DNA from: the human T2T-CHM13v2.0 reference genome, Homo sapiens
Length of the DNA stretch: 64,000 nt
Direction: 5' to 3' (one strand)
NCBI RefSeq assembly: GCF_009914755.1
Contig: NC_060934.1
Made by a program: the position numbers and the translations under genes. The notes beneath the pieces were generated by a model. That model was not told where the DNA came from. It saw only the letters and a program-made list of their open reading frames with translations, and did not search any database. Shown one piece after another: positions 15,310-29,482 of this stretch (position 1 is the first letter of the stretch; every line of letters begins with the position of its first letter).

Positions 15310-16176
15310 AACCTGGTGAGCCCCATTACCATCCAAGTCATCTCATAACATCTGAAGGATTCTGAATCACATCCTCCCTCCCCACCAAAACCATAACTTC
15401 ACGAAGCTAAATGCCAACAACCAAACACAAAATGGTCCTAAATCTGGTGCGAGCTCCACCGGCTCTGACTTTTCATCGTCAAGTAGACATGGTGAAGATG
15501 GAGTATGTTACTTGCTAAACGTGGGGTCCCAATTTAGAGTTAAGCCAATATATTGGTGTATCTCAGGTGCTCTGAACATGGACAGCAGGTGCTTACACAC
15601 ACATACTATCATTGTCATTCATCATTTTGAACTTTTGATTGGTTCTCAAATCAATTATCACCACTGTCAGTCTTAACTTTTTAAATGTTTAATTCCCCTG
15701 TAATTTAAAGAATATAGAATTTAAAGGAATGCTAGAAGGTTCACAGGGCTTATTTTTGAACAAGGTTAAATAAATAGACATTGTTTCTGTCTAATATTGT
15801 AAGACTTGACCAACATTTAGCCTAATTGCTAAAGGAATCAAACAAGAAAGAATATGTTCAAAACAGACAAAACGTAAAGAGACTCTCCCCAGAGGCATCC
15901 AATGTGGAAGTGCCTCTGCCCGTCCTGAAGGGTGTGGGATTGATTCCCCAGAGTCCAATAAAGCAGGTCCCCGGGCAGGTTCCTGGTACACAAGGTCATT
16001 TTCTCCTCCGCAGACCCAAAGAGCATTTGTTTCTTAGCTACTCAAACATTTTGCTAACAGGTTAGATTCCTCTACTAAATATATTTATCTTTCCAGATTT
16101 ACATTTAGCTACAAATAACATTTTCAAGGTCATTAAAAGTAGTACTTCAAAAGGAAGCATAACAGTAACTTTATAT

Positions 16177-16446
<270 letters not shown>

Positions 16447-17040
16447 GTAACTTTATGGCTTATTCCTTCCTCAATTACAACTTTCATCTTCCAATGTTCT
16501 GCTAATTCAAACATCACATCGTATTATGGCTTTAATACATACGCTTCAGTACAATGTATACATTAGTATATTGCTAGGGCCGTCTTTACCATACTTTAGA
16601 ATCCTTTGATCATCTTTCCCATTCAATTAAACAAGTATTTATGAGGTCAGATGCGTCGGCTACCTTTCCCTCAAAAAGGTTACAATTATGCCTTCTCCCA
16701 CCCCAAATATATCCCATTAAGGCATCTATTAAATAAGAACTGATGGAAAAGTCAGTTATTTATCACCTGGGAAAGTGTTTCTGACCCTAAACAAATCACA
16801 TTCTAAATAATGGGTACCAAGTTCTTCATTTCCCTTTACCAAGCTTATGAGTCTACATTTATCTGGCTGGACTCAGACTAATTATTTTCCAAGACAGGAG
16901 ACCCAATAGCATGCAAAATAATCTATTAAAAGAATGTCCACAATGCTTCTCCTTGATTATTTGAGGATTGCAAAAAGTTCATAGGCAAAGCTGAATGTTC
17001 CACTGAAGACCTTTATCATTTTATAGAAAAATCCTGACAC

Positions 17041-17073
17041 ATTGCTTCTCGGCCTTTTGGCTAAGATCAAGCG
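17041..17073 (+). pseudogene. 3'-truncated (tailless) U2 snRNA retropseudogene, U2 nt 1-33
   Basis: ATTGCTTCTCGGCCTTTTGGCTAAGATCAAGCG vs U2 5' end ATCGCTTCTCGGCCTTTTGGCTAAGATCAAGTG (31/33); flanked by an imperfect direct repeat gaaaaatcctgaca / gaaaaatccccgaca. Confidence 0.9.
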
Positions 17074-18714
17074 AAAAATCCCCGACAAACAACACAAGAC
17101 CATGTTCAATCTCTTGACTTTGGCTAAGCTGCATCTGGTCAGTATGGATTCTACTTGTTTATTTTTATCCAGAACCTTCGTCTCAAAAACCATGAGGAAG
17201 CTTAATTCCCCATCTATGGGAAAGCACTTAAGTAAATCTGGGTATATCCATATGAAGGAATATTCTGCAGCTATAAAAAAGAATCAGACACCTCTTAATA
17301 TACTCAGATGTACACATCTCCAAGATGCACTGCCGAGTATAAAAGGCAGGGTGCAGAACACTGTGCATATATAGTATGCTACCATCTGTTTAAAAGGGGG
17401 AAATAACATATATTCATATGTGCATAAAATAAATCTGGAAGGAAATGCAAAATACTAACACAGTGGGTGTCCACAGGGAAAGGAACCAGTTGGCTGGAGG
17501 CCGGGGCACAGGAGTGGAGGGAGAATCTGACCCAAGATAAACCTTTATGATTTTTTGGCCTTTGTGAATGAGTTACCTATTTTGCAACCAAGGCCTCCAC
17601 AATCACCACCATTGTAACAATACAACCATAGACACCCAGAGAAGAAAGTAAGACTCTTATACATAAATACGGTATTGCCACAGAGGTCAGGTTAATGAGG
17701 GGCCAATTACCATGAAGGAAAATAAAACTAAACAGCAATCAACATTTCCGTTTCTAAGAGAACAAAGACTTTCCGTACTCACAATCTAAATTCATAACAG
17801 ATTTCTGAGAATCCCTTTGGAACCTTAAAGAGTTCTGCAGCTTGCTACCCCCTTGTCCCCGGTTCAGCAGGACACAGAGGTCTACCTGGTGCTCTCACTG
17901 CAACCACACCACGGCTCCACCCAGCCGATGACACAGGTGACTGTAATCGAGACAGTGACCTATGCTACCCAGAGCCCCAGGATGAAAAAGGGAGATGCTT
18001 ATGGCTTGGGAGGACACCTGAGTGTCTTCCTAGGAACACAGTTCTATCAAACTCCTAAAATTATGTAATTACTTCACTCAGAGCGAATCACAGGAGAGAG
18101 CGCGAGCATGCATGAGCTTGGGGTGAGAGATGCCACTGGGCAGCAGAGGCAGGAGGGACCCAGGGCGAGGGAGGCTACAAGCCCACCATGAGGAGGCAAA
18201 TGGGTTCCACCTCCTTCAGGAAGAAAATCGGAACAACTGCTTCAGCTCAGTTAAAGGCTGGAATCAGAAGAAGGAAAAGAAGTATTTAAGGGAATGTGTT
18301 AACCTTGCCTAATAAATGTCCCCACTGAAAGTTAAAGGGCATGGCAAATGCTGACAGGCTTGAGTGTGAGATGAACAGGCAAAACACCAGCAGAAGGCAA
18401 AGCCGGTGTGAGTGCCCGCAAGCAAGACCTGGACGCTGGAAGCCCCACCTGCCCTCTGGGCGTGTTCCCTTTGCAGATGCCTATCAAGAAGCCCAGCGCG
18501 CAAAGCCTCCCTGGGTCAGCTCTGGAGCCGAAGGCCTGGGAAAACAAAACCAAAAACAAAACCAAAAACGGTGGGCGAAACTGGTGGCCAGGATCAAGGT
18601 ATCATAGGAAACAGGCTGAAGGAAATGACAGAAATGGGATTAGACGAGTATGGGGGGGGTGTGGGGAGGGGAGAGAGGAGAGAGACCCACACAGTAGCAA
18701 ACACAGTGCTTACT

Positions 18715-18870
18715 CCATTCCAAGCGTTCAATCCTCACAACAACCCTAAAAGATACGGGGTGTTTTCATCCCCATTTCAGAGATCAGTAAACTGAGGCAC
18801 AGGAAGAAATCCAGCGGCCGGTAAGTGGCAGCTGAAGGATTTAAACCTGGGCAGTCCAGCTCCAGAGCCT
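18715..18870 (-). mobile_element. MIR remnant
   Basis: aatcctcacaacaaccct...ccccatttcagagatcagtaaactgaggcacag...ggatttaaacctgggcagtcc. Confidence 0.75.
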
Positions 18871-19591
18871 TAGAAAGCACCTGGGGTGGGCGGCTATCTT
18901 TTTCCTTCCTCGTTTTTATTTCTGGGTGGGGGGTATGTGTCTAGCAACTGTCTCCCTCCTGTTAGGGCCCCATACAGTTCTTGCAGAATTCCCACCATGT
19001 AGTAGCTGTTGCCTGCTGCTACAGGAAAAGCCAGGTCAACCCCAGACCTGCAGGCAGATGAAGGCAGGCTTGGGACCCCTTCAGTGAGAATGTGCTCACC
19101 GGGAAGTCACATGCACCACAATGGCAGCTGGAAAACCTGAACTTTGCTATGGTTCCTGCTGCAGAGCCTTCTGGAGAGGCGATTCCCCGGCCTCTGGTCA
19201 ACAGTCTTCCCAAATCATTCCCAATGGACTTATGACAGCCAGAGCCAGTCCTGCTGCTGGCCCCCAAAACCTAACAGAGCAGCAGCCTTCCAAACAAACA
19301 CCTGTGGCGGGATTAAACGCCTCTTCCCCGAGACAGCTCCTGTGGGTCACCTGCTTTAACTGTCTGGAAAATACTGTTGCTGTATTCTCATCTGCTGAAG
19401 CAGCTTCTCCCCCTAAGGTTTCATAGAGGCCATACTTCTTCTTTGTAAAGGTTTTAAAACCACCCACCCTGGCTTGAAATGTAATTGTTTTCACGTTTAC
19501 ATGTTCCCTTGTTTCAATTTTGCAAGTATCTCCAAAATGCATAGTAGCTACCTGACTTTTTTTGCCAGTTACGGAAAAACTTAAGGGGCTG

Positions 19592-19721
19592 TGTTCTGCA
19601 CCTGGTCCCCTAAACATATGAGGTGGGCTCAGACGGGCTTCTCTGAACCACACCATTGTTCCACAGCTGGTCCCCTAAACATACAAGGTGGGCTCAGACG
19701 GGTTTCTCTGAACCACACCAT
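19592..19721. repeat. Tandem duplication, 65-bp period, 2 copies (~90% identical)
   Basis: ctggtcccctaaacata..aggtgggctcagacggg.ttctctgaaccacacca appears twice. Confidence 0.9.
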
Positions 19722-20539
19722 GCATTCCCCATTTGACCTACTGGAGTGCTTTACAAACTCTAGGCTGCATGAGAAACATCAGGGGAGGGAGACTTTGCAA
19801 ATGCAGATTCCCAGAGACACTGCTAAGGGACTTGGAGGCACTAGGTCTGGGAGAAATGTGCATTCTAATAGGACCCCGTTGACTGGGATGTGGAGGGCAG
19901 TTTGCTGGAACTCAAGTCAGTCAGTCATAGAGACAAACCAGTCAAGGAGTTTCTGAATTTTAGCTTCCAGTATAAAAGATCTCACTGTCCCCAAATTCGG
20001 TTGGCCAAACAGCAGTTCTTAATGGACTGCTGTATCTTAAATCACTATTTCATTTAGGAATACACATTTTATTTCTTCCTCAGATCTACTCAGCAAACGC
20101 TGAGCAAGCAAAGTTCACAGGACCGCCTGTAAAAACATGGTGCTTTGTCAGGTGCACGGAGAGGAACAGAGCCCTGTGGGACAGTGTCCAGCACCAAGAA
20201 CCAAATCAGGAGGCTTGCAGACACAAGTGCTCCTTTCAGCTGGAGCACAGGCTCCCGCAGGTGGCAAATCTTAAAAGAAAAGTGCTGCCTAATAATACTA
20301 TCAGCAACCTCCATTTACTAAGCAATGACTACTACGTGCTAACATGACTCTTACACTCTATCGATGTTCATCCACTTGCCACCATCCTATAAGAGACTCT
20401 ATCACTAGCTGTTTTATACAGCTGTACAAATAAAAAAGATTTTACACTCAGAAAGTGCCAAGTTCACACATCCAGGAAGCATATGTGCCTACAGAGGATG
20501 GGTTGCTGAGTGTCATGTTATGGAATTTAGTCTCTACTC

Positions 20540-21001
20540 GATAGCAAAGACTTGCAACCAAGCTAAATGCCCATCAATGATAGACGGGATAAAGAAACTG
20601 TGGCACACATACACCATGGAATACTATGCAGCCACAAAAAAGAATGAGTTCATGTCCTTTGCAGGGACATGGATGAAGCTGGAAACCATCATCCTCAGCA
20701 AACTAACACAGGAACAGAAAACCAAACACTGTACGTTCTCACTCATAAGTGGAAGCTGAACAATGAGAACATATGGACACAGGGAGGGGAGCATCACACA
20801 CTGGGGCCTGTCAAGGGGTGGGGGTAAGGGGAGGGAGAGCATTAGGACAAATACCTAATACATGCGGGGCTTCAAACCTAGATGATGGGTTGATGGGTGC
20901 AGCAAACCACCATGGCACATGTATACCTATGTAACAAACCTGCACGTTCTGCACACGTATCCCAGAACTTAAAGTAAAATAAAAAAATTAAGAAAAAAAA
21001 G
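20540..21001 (+). mobile_element. 5'-truncated primate L1PA (ORF2 C-terminus, 3'UTR, poly-A)
   Basis: ORF 20520..20759 gives an L1 ORF2 C-terminal peptide (YTMEYYAA..KNEFMSFAGTWMKLETIILSKL); typical 3'UTR. Confidence 0.93.
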
Positions 21002-21411
21002 AAACACATACCTACTGTGTATTAGGAGGAAGGCAATGCCTGTATTTTACAGAAATAACCTCAAAGCCCCATGAAGAGGGCAGAGACAGCAGGTAGGAGG
21101 CGGCTGAAATCACAGAGCCAGGGAGGAGGGCCTGAGTGCAATGTGGGGGCCAGAAGAGGACAGGCGGAGGTCCGGACTGAAGTGACTCATGGGTTGTGGG
21201 GGTGGTGGTGGGAGGGCAGGAATTATTGTAGAGTTTCTAACTTTGAGGATGCCGTGGCTTCCGACTTGGGTGAATAACGGCATCATTCGTCAGCCAGGAC
21301 GTTCACGGAGAAGAGCAGAGACGGGTTCTGACGGTTCTGCTGGTGAGTTCTGTTCTGGAAATGCTGCTGCCACGTGGAGATGTTTTGCAGGGGATGGAAA
21401 GGGAGTTGTGA

Positions 21412-21584
21412 GTGTGAGGCCATGGGTGCGGGCACTCAGATCCGTGTGCGAGGCCATGGGCGCGGGCACTCAGATCCGTGTGCGAGGCCATGGGCGCGGG
21501 CACTCAGATCCGTGTGCGAGGCCATGGTGCGGGCACTCAGATCCGTGTGTGATGCCATGGGCATGGGCACTCAGATCCGTGTGC
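21412..21584. repeat. CpG-rich minisatellite (VNTR), 34-bp unit x ~5
   Basis: Unit gtgcgaggccatgggcgcgggcactcagatccgt. Confidence 0.95.
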
Positions 21585-22640
21585 ACAGCGTGACCGTCCA
21601 AAGCCACAGAGAAAGACGAGGCCACGCTGGGCACAGATGGCTGAAGAGCAGGACTGGGGGATTCTAACCTCTACATCTGAGAAAAGCAGGGCAAAGAAGA
21701 GGCCAAGAAAAGTCATCTGGGGAGGAGCCAACGGTGGGAAGTGAGCCAGCCCTGCCACCCCAGGACTGTGCAGAAGATGGAGGAGACAGAGGAGCAACCA
21801 GGAAAGGAGTGGGAACATCCAGAGACAGAAGTCACCAAGGGTGGTAGAGAAACGTACTAAAAAGAAAACATCACGAGTAAAAAGCAAGAAACAACCAACC
21901 AAAGCAGGAGATGGAGAATATATGCGATCCTTCTTAACAAGAGGTTAAGAAAACGTCCAGCATCTTCCGGCCACCACTCTTAAGAACACAGGCCACTGCA
22001 GCAGGTGAAGAGAGGACAGTGGCCCTGCCAGGTTGGGGAACTTCCCCTGTGGGTTGCTGTGTTGCGTTCCTGTCTTGGATGCTGGGTACAAATGAAGCAA
22101 GTGGAGAAGGAAAGGCCAGCATAACAGCATGAGTTCAGAGAACTAACCCACCTCCACCAACCAGTCAGATAAATGGGAAGATGCCACCGGACAATTGCAG
22201 AGTGACGCATTTCTTAAGATGGGCAAAGGACAGATTAGATTTATTCCTGAGCTATCACTGCTTCTTGTGTTTAAATACCTATGAGGAAATTCTACGGACT
22301 TATGGGATCCCCATACTGCTCCTCAAACACACTTGCAGAAATCAGAAACTACACACGTAGCGGACCTGCCTTGCACGTAAGTGCTGTGCTTGTCAGTGTG
22401 GAATGTGAAGTTCGTGGTACAAGGAGGCAATTCCTGAACTCCAAAAACTTACTGTCCAAAGCTGTGCACAGCACAGATTCCTAGCTTGATACCTGTAGGG
22501 TGTGTTTTGTCATTATTTATTTTTCCCACCCATTCAAAGCACAAAAACACTAACTGCAGATTCCATGCCTGTTTTAATTTATAACAGGGCTCCCCAGTTC
22601 AAAACTGGGTTTTGTTATTCGCACTCTAAAGCTCTCTTCA

Positions 22641-23148
<508 letters not shown>

Positions 23149-23949
23149 TATACAGAACATCTTCCAAATGTTTCCTATGGTCTTGAACCTGTTTTAGGGG
23201 ATCTCCATAGATTAATTAATGTTGCAATCATCTCCTGAGGCAGGGGTTGTTTTATCCAACACTGTACATGGGGGCTCCAGGGCACTGCTCTGCTCAACCA
23301 AGCACTGGAATCCCTCCCTAGGCAATCAGAACCTGGGTTCACCTGCATGGCTCACATCCATGGAGGCAGGGCCCCGCAGAGGCAGCACAGAACCCTGCAG
23401 GGAGGAGAGTCCGCTGCAGGTGCCAGAGGGCGGCTGGCCGATGAATTTAAGCCCACTGACTCAACTTCATAGACATCAGGGCCTGACCTGCTTCCCTCCT
23501 CCTTCCCTGCTGTGTTTGGCTTGAGGGTCTACTAGGGATGGCTCCCCGTGCATCGAACACAGTAGACAAACTCGCTAGGCGGTATAGACCCCCATGGGAT
23601 TGTCTGTTCATCCCAGCCACTAGGAGCAGCTCAGTGCCTAAGACTTGAGCACATTCTCAAGGAACCAGGTCCATCACAGAGTCCCTCTCTGGCTCCTGAG
23701 AATTTCCTCTTCATTCTCTCTCGGAAAATTCTTCCTGGAAACTCTGCTAACTGCTTTAATGCAAACCAAGCCCCTGCTATAAGTAATACCATGATTGCCA
23801 TTTTAGAAATGGGGAAACCAGGGCTTAAGCAACGTGCTCAAGGCCACAGGGCCACCAGGAGCCTGCGTTCACACCTGGCACTGCCTGGCTCCAAACTGCT
23901 GTGACTGCAGCCGACCCCGCTCCCATCGCAGACCGCAGATCATGGTGAC

Positions 23950-24300
23950 TGATATGGTTTGGCTGTGTCCCCACCCAAATCTCATCTTGAATTGTAGCTC
24001 CCCAAATTCCCATGTGTTGTGGGAGGGGCCTGGTGGGAGATAACTGAATCATGGGGGGCAGCTCCCCCATACTGATCTCATGGTAGTGAACAAGTCTCAC
24101 AAGATCTGATGGTTTTAGAAGGGGTTTCCCTTTTTGCTTGGCCTCATTCTCTCCTGCCGCCGCCATGTAAGACGTGATTTTCAGCTTCCGCCATGATTGT
24201 GAGGCCTATCCAGCCATGTGGAACTGTGAGTCCATTAAACCTATTTTTCTCATCAGTCTTGAGTATGTCTTCATCAGCAGCATGAAAGTGGACTAATACA
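23950..24300. mobile_element. THE1 (MaLR) solo LTR with an ordinary 5-bp TSD (gtgac/gtggc)
   Basis: tgatatggtttggctgtgtccccacccaaatctcatcttgaattgt...ggactaataca. Confidence 0.93.
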
Positions 24301-24804
24301 GTGGCTCAAGTGACTACCGAGCTATCTTGCTGTCCCCTCCTTGCCAGTGCCCCATCTGGCTAGTGCCCCGTTTGCTTCTAAAAGTCTCCTCGTTTAAGCA
24401 AAGTTTGTGGTCACCGTCCCCACATATCCTGTAGCCTCTGATGAGGGCCTCAGTGTCAAAATTCCCGCCACTCCCTATGCCTCCTCACCTGGAATCCCCA
24501 TCCGTATCTTAAAATGCAACTGTTGCTATTCAAATCTGTCTCCTTCCAAACCTGTTCTTCCTCCTCTGTGTCCCTAGTCCTTTTAATGTGTCCCTGGGGA
24601 CACTTCCAAGGAAGCCGAGGAATCAGGACCAGCCCCTCTATCAACTAACTCTTCAGTCCTCCATTAACAACAAGCCACCTACAATTTAATATTCTTGCCA
24701 ATAGGTGGCCAGGTCTATGAGGACCAAAAAGACAATATGGTAAATTATGATGAAAGTAGATAAACATAAAGCATTATTTATGATTGATAATAAATCTTGT
24801 AAAA

Positions 24805-25110
24805 GGCCATTTTCAGACAAATCCAGCATGATTTGACTCATGTGAGGTACTTGAAGTCATCAACTTCATAGAGACGGGAAGGAGAATGGTGCCAGTCAGG
24901 GGCTGAGGAGGGAAGGGAGACTTTAACGGGGAGAGAGTTTCAGTTTTGCAAGACGAAAAATGTTCTGGAGATGGATGGTGGTGATGGGTATATAACTGTG
25001 TAAATAAACTTTAGGCCACTGAACTGTATAATTTAAAATGACTAAAGTGGTAAATTTGATGTTACATATATTTTAAAACCATTCTTAAAAATGAAAAATT
25101 TTTTCAATAA
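24805..25110 (+). mobile_element. L1MB/MC-type 3' end remnant
   Basis: gagtttcagttttgcaagacgaaaaatgttctggagatggatggtggtgatgg...ccactgaactgta. Confidence 0.8.
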
Positions 25111-26568
25111 AATATCTCAATGAAACCACCCAAAAGTTCTTGTCAATCTCTTGCATTAACTGCTAAACGTGAGCTAGAAATCTACCAGGTCTCATTTGAA
25201 GTGCATGTAAGTGGCGTGCATGTATATATTTAGCCAGGTGTCCAGGAAAAATGATTCTGAGAAACAAGACTCCAAAAAAAGATGCTAAGGAAGACAATGC
25301 AAGCAGGCGAACCTTCTTCTGGGCTAAAGAGCTAGGAGAGCATACCGAACTGCTGGACCAATGTATTTGTCCCATAAAAAAAGGACTGGAAATGAATAGA
25401 AAGTCACTTGGTTTGTGGAAAGGCAGAGCTGTGAGTGTGGGAGCCAGTGTGTGCGGCCATAATGCTAGAGACCTAAGACTGAAAGTAACTTGTATTATAT
25501 GAACAATATTCACAGTTACAGACATGATGACCTGCAGCAGAACACTGACCTAGGAGAAGGCACTGCCTCCTTTCCGGAACACTGGCCCCATCATCATCAG
25601 TCACCCTTGCTAACTACCAGTGGTTTCTGAGAGCTTAAAATTCTTTTCAAATATGCACTTAAAATGATATTACATTAATCTCATGTAGTTTATTCATTGC
25701 TCCCTCTTCAACAACAGCCCCTTTAGAGACACGTAAAGAATGAATCAACTTCAAGAGAAGTCAGATATTAACTAGAAAGAATTATTTTAATTACCTAAAA
25801 GTGGTCAGTCTAGTGTTGAAAACACTTCAAATCAATTTAATGCACGAAAATAACTAATAAAATTGTTACAAAGTACTTTATAAATTTAAAGTGTCAAATA
25901 AATGGCCTATAATCGGAATAATCATCATTAGATAAAAAAATTTAGCAGCCACAAAGTGACCATGATGAAACTCTATCATTTTATTCCCAACATGGAGGAA
26001 AGGAAACACTAGATAGATAAAACTGAAATAATGAGAGCTAAGTGCCATTAAGCTGTCACTCTGAAAGGTCAGTGCTCAGTAAGGGCCAAAATCAAAACCA
26101 AAACCAAAATTCAAGCAAGACCCAGGAAACTGACTGGAATTTTACTTTATTTGTATGCAGTATCTTTTGTAAGTAATGAAAAAGATGCATGATTTTGAGC
26201 AATAATTACAGGTAATATACTATTCAACAGATAAGACTCAACAGACTGTTTACAAACACTTTTTAGAACAATGAATCAGGTCTGGAAAAATGGTCAATGT
26301 ATATTTTCTGATCTGTTTCCTAACACTAACTAATTTTCATCACTACCCAATGAAAACACTCTGGGGAATAAGAAAAAGATCGGACATGAGCTGACTTCTA
26401 TTTCTTTGCTAGAAAATCAAAAATCTGTATTCAAAGAGAACAGGACAAAGAAGAAAATACTGCCCAAAATGTTAAATATACACTAAATGTTGTTCATCAC
26501 TCTTTTTTAAGACGTGGGAAGCCGTAGGGTCTGGGGAATTAAGCAACAGAGAAAATGTCAAGAGCAAT

Positions 26569-26700
26569 GGAATTGAACCCCAGGCAGATCTTAATAGCTT
26601 AGCTAGTTTCTCCACCTATAAAAATCAGGACACTCTTACTGCTGTTTCTGTTAGGTAATTAACAGTCATAAAGCATGCTGAAAGTAGAAACTGCTAAATA
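26569..26700. repeat. Arm A of a ~130-bp inverted repeat (MIR-like sequence); partner at 30274-30404
   Basis: Reverse complement aligns to 30274-30404 with 8 mismatches and 1 gap. Confidence 0.92.
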
Positions 26701-28142
26701 AATAATGACTGCAAAAGAATTTTAACCATAACGCACTAAGTAATAAGGATAAAACATGGGCTTTTAACTTGACCATTTTTGTTTTCAAATTAATAATGCA
26801 AACAAGAGTCCAATCTTGTTAAGATGGCTCAGCATAGTGTTAGATAGCAAGTTAAATTTAGTCATTACAAAATACAGAAGGAATCTTGCTTCTCCAAGAG
26901 CAGTTCACCCAACTCTAGGTGGAGCTGTGAAAACAAAGCCATGTTCTATTCCTGTAAGCTACAGAAATGTTGCCACGTTGCCTGTGTCTACACTTTCGTG
27001 AATTCCAGAAAGAGGCCATTCTACTTGAAAACCTACTAAGCAATCAACTTTTTGGGAATTTCCATTTATTTCACATTGATTTTGGAACCCTAAACTTCAG
27101 TAACGTTTTAAACAATTTTCTGGGAATTGGCAACACAATGATGTCAGCCACAATGACTGTTTTCCACATTTCCCAATCCCCTGGACTACATATGTATGAG
27201 ATTGTAGGCTTATTTAAGACCTTTGCAGACATTTTATAGATGCATAGTGAGGAAATAAAAATGGAGATCTGAGCACCAATTCTACGATTTTCCTTCTAAA
27301 CTCTTTATTCCAATCATGGTATTGAGTAAGTCGTAAGATTTAAACTATGAACTAGGAGAGCTAACTTTATTTTACTATTCATATCTATTCATTTTTGCAT
27401 ATATACTTGAAATAACTACTGAGTATTATGAAATCCTAGGAAAAAACCCAAAGAATTATAAATCACAGAAAGATGGGAAAGTCTTGGAGATCAAATCCAT
27501 TGTAATTATTTATCACTGAAAACCCACCACCTAGAAAATATGGTTTTCTACTTAAATATAAAGTATGATCAGGATTCCGTTCACAAAATACAGCATTCTG
27601 TGAATTTTCTTGCACCTGTAAATACGCTATAGCTATAAAGGATAGTTTCAACATCACTGAACAAACAAGCCTAAATTCTGTTTATTAGACATTTGGGGAG
27701 AAAGTCATCCTCCAGGTACTATTTTGAGGAAGAATTAAACAACTACGAAAGAAATCAAAGTAAAGGATATAACCACATTAAAATACAAATGTACAATTTT
27801 GTCCTGATAATAACCGAGACCTGGAATCTCAGTTTTAGTGACTCACATTAATTTAATTGTGACATTTGCTTTTCTAATCATAGATGTAAAAAGACCACTG
27901 TGTTCCAAACATAATTATCTTGCCAGCATCTCATTGCATGAAATTATTAGTTAAGATGAGAGCCTCTGACTACATTTATGTTTGATTAGTTTCACTGATT
28001 TAAGAACACGGAATAATTTAAGATCTGTTTAAATGAAAGAGAAGTAAGGCCCCTTCTGAGAAGGGCTGCTTTCCTCCACACGTTGCCATTTCGACAAACT
28101 CTACATTCCCCCCAGCGACTGCTACCCCCAGCGAGTACGTAC

Positions 28143-28269
28143 CTTCCAGGTGAAGCCACATTAGCCGCCCCTTCACACTCACAACGGAGGCCACACACAG
28201 TTCTCCTGGATTCCTGGGGTTCACAGCTTCAAGTTTCATGTTCTTTGTGAAACCTCGACTGAATGATGT
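28143..28269 (-). CDS. SFMBT2: SFMBT2 coding exon (approx. exon 11), 127 nt, phase 0-1: [42 protein letters not shown](G)
   Basis: Acceptor tttctcttgcag|ACA, donor GAAG|gtacgt; MBT MKLEAV motif; inside ORF 28018..28320. Confidence 0.96.
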
Positions 28270-28560
28270 CTGCAAGAGAAACGAGACCAACACTGAGCCA
28301 GTGCTGACGCAGCAGGACAAAGCTGGGCAGATGAAGAAAGAGAAAGAAATGCACGCACACGCATCTTACATCGACAAGACAGGCTCACGTATGTGTTTGT
28401 CCTTCCCACTGTTCATGAAGAAAGAACCAGGTGGTCTTCATTTTTGTTTCCCAGAAATTAGAACTATGCCTAGCACATAGTAGGTGCCTAATACTATTTG
28501 TTAAACGAGTGAGAGTATGAATTCATTCTCTTTCCAGTTCCATATGCACCCTTCCTTCTT

Positions 28561-28860
28561 TCTTTTTTTTTTTTGTTTTTGAGACAGAGTCTGGCTCTGA
28601 TGCCCAGACTGGAGTGCAGTGGCGTGATCTCGGCTCACTGCCAGCTCCGCCTCCCGGGTTCACGCCATTCTCCTAACTCAGCCTCCTGAGTAGCTGGGAC
28701 TACAGGCACCTGCCATCATGCCTGGCTAATTTTTTGTATTTTTAGTAGAGACAGGGTTTCACCATGTTAGCCAGGATGGTCTCGATCTCCTGGCCTTGTG
28801 ATCCACCTGCCTCAGCCTCCCAAAGTGCTGGGATTACAGGTGTGAGCCACCGTGCCCGGC
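28561..28860 (-). mobile_element. AluY-like with TSD tgcacccttccttct
   Basis: AluY-type positions (gggttcacgccattctcc, gttagccaggatggtctcgatctc); 15-bp TSD. Confidence 0.92.
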
Positions 28861-29020
28861 TGCACCCTTCCTTCTATGGGATCACTGAAGTACACACCAT
28901 TTCCTCCACCTTCCTATACCCATTGATAACAGTTCAAGTGGGAACACGGAATTTCCATCCGGCATCATTTTCCTTTACAGGAAATGGGAAAAATATCCTT
29001 TAGAATTTTTCGTAGTAAAA

Positions 29021-29482
<462 letters not shown>

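Noticed and set aside
17118-17128. Second short U2-like word (ctttggctaag) just downstream of the U2 fragment
   Set aside because: Only ~11 nt, outside the TSD; compatible with chance.
21412-21584. 34-bp repeats superficially like a CRISPR array
   Set aside because: Units are contiguous with no unique spacers, no cas genes, eukaryotic intron: a VNTR.
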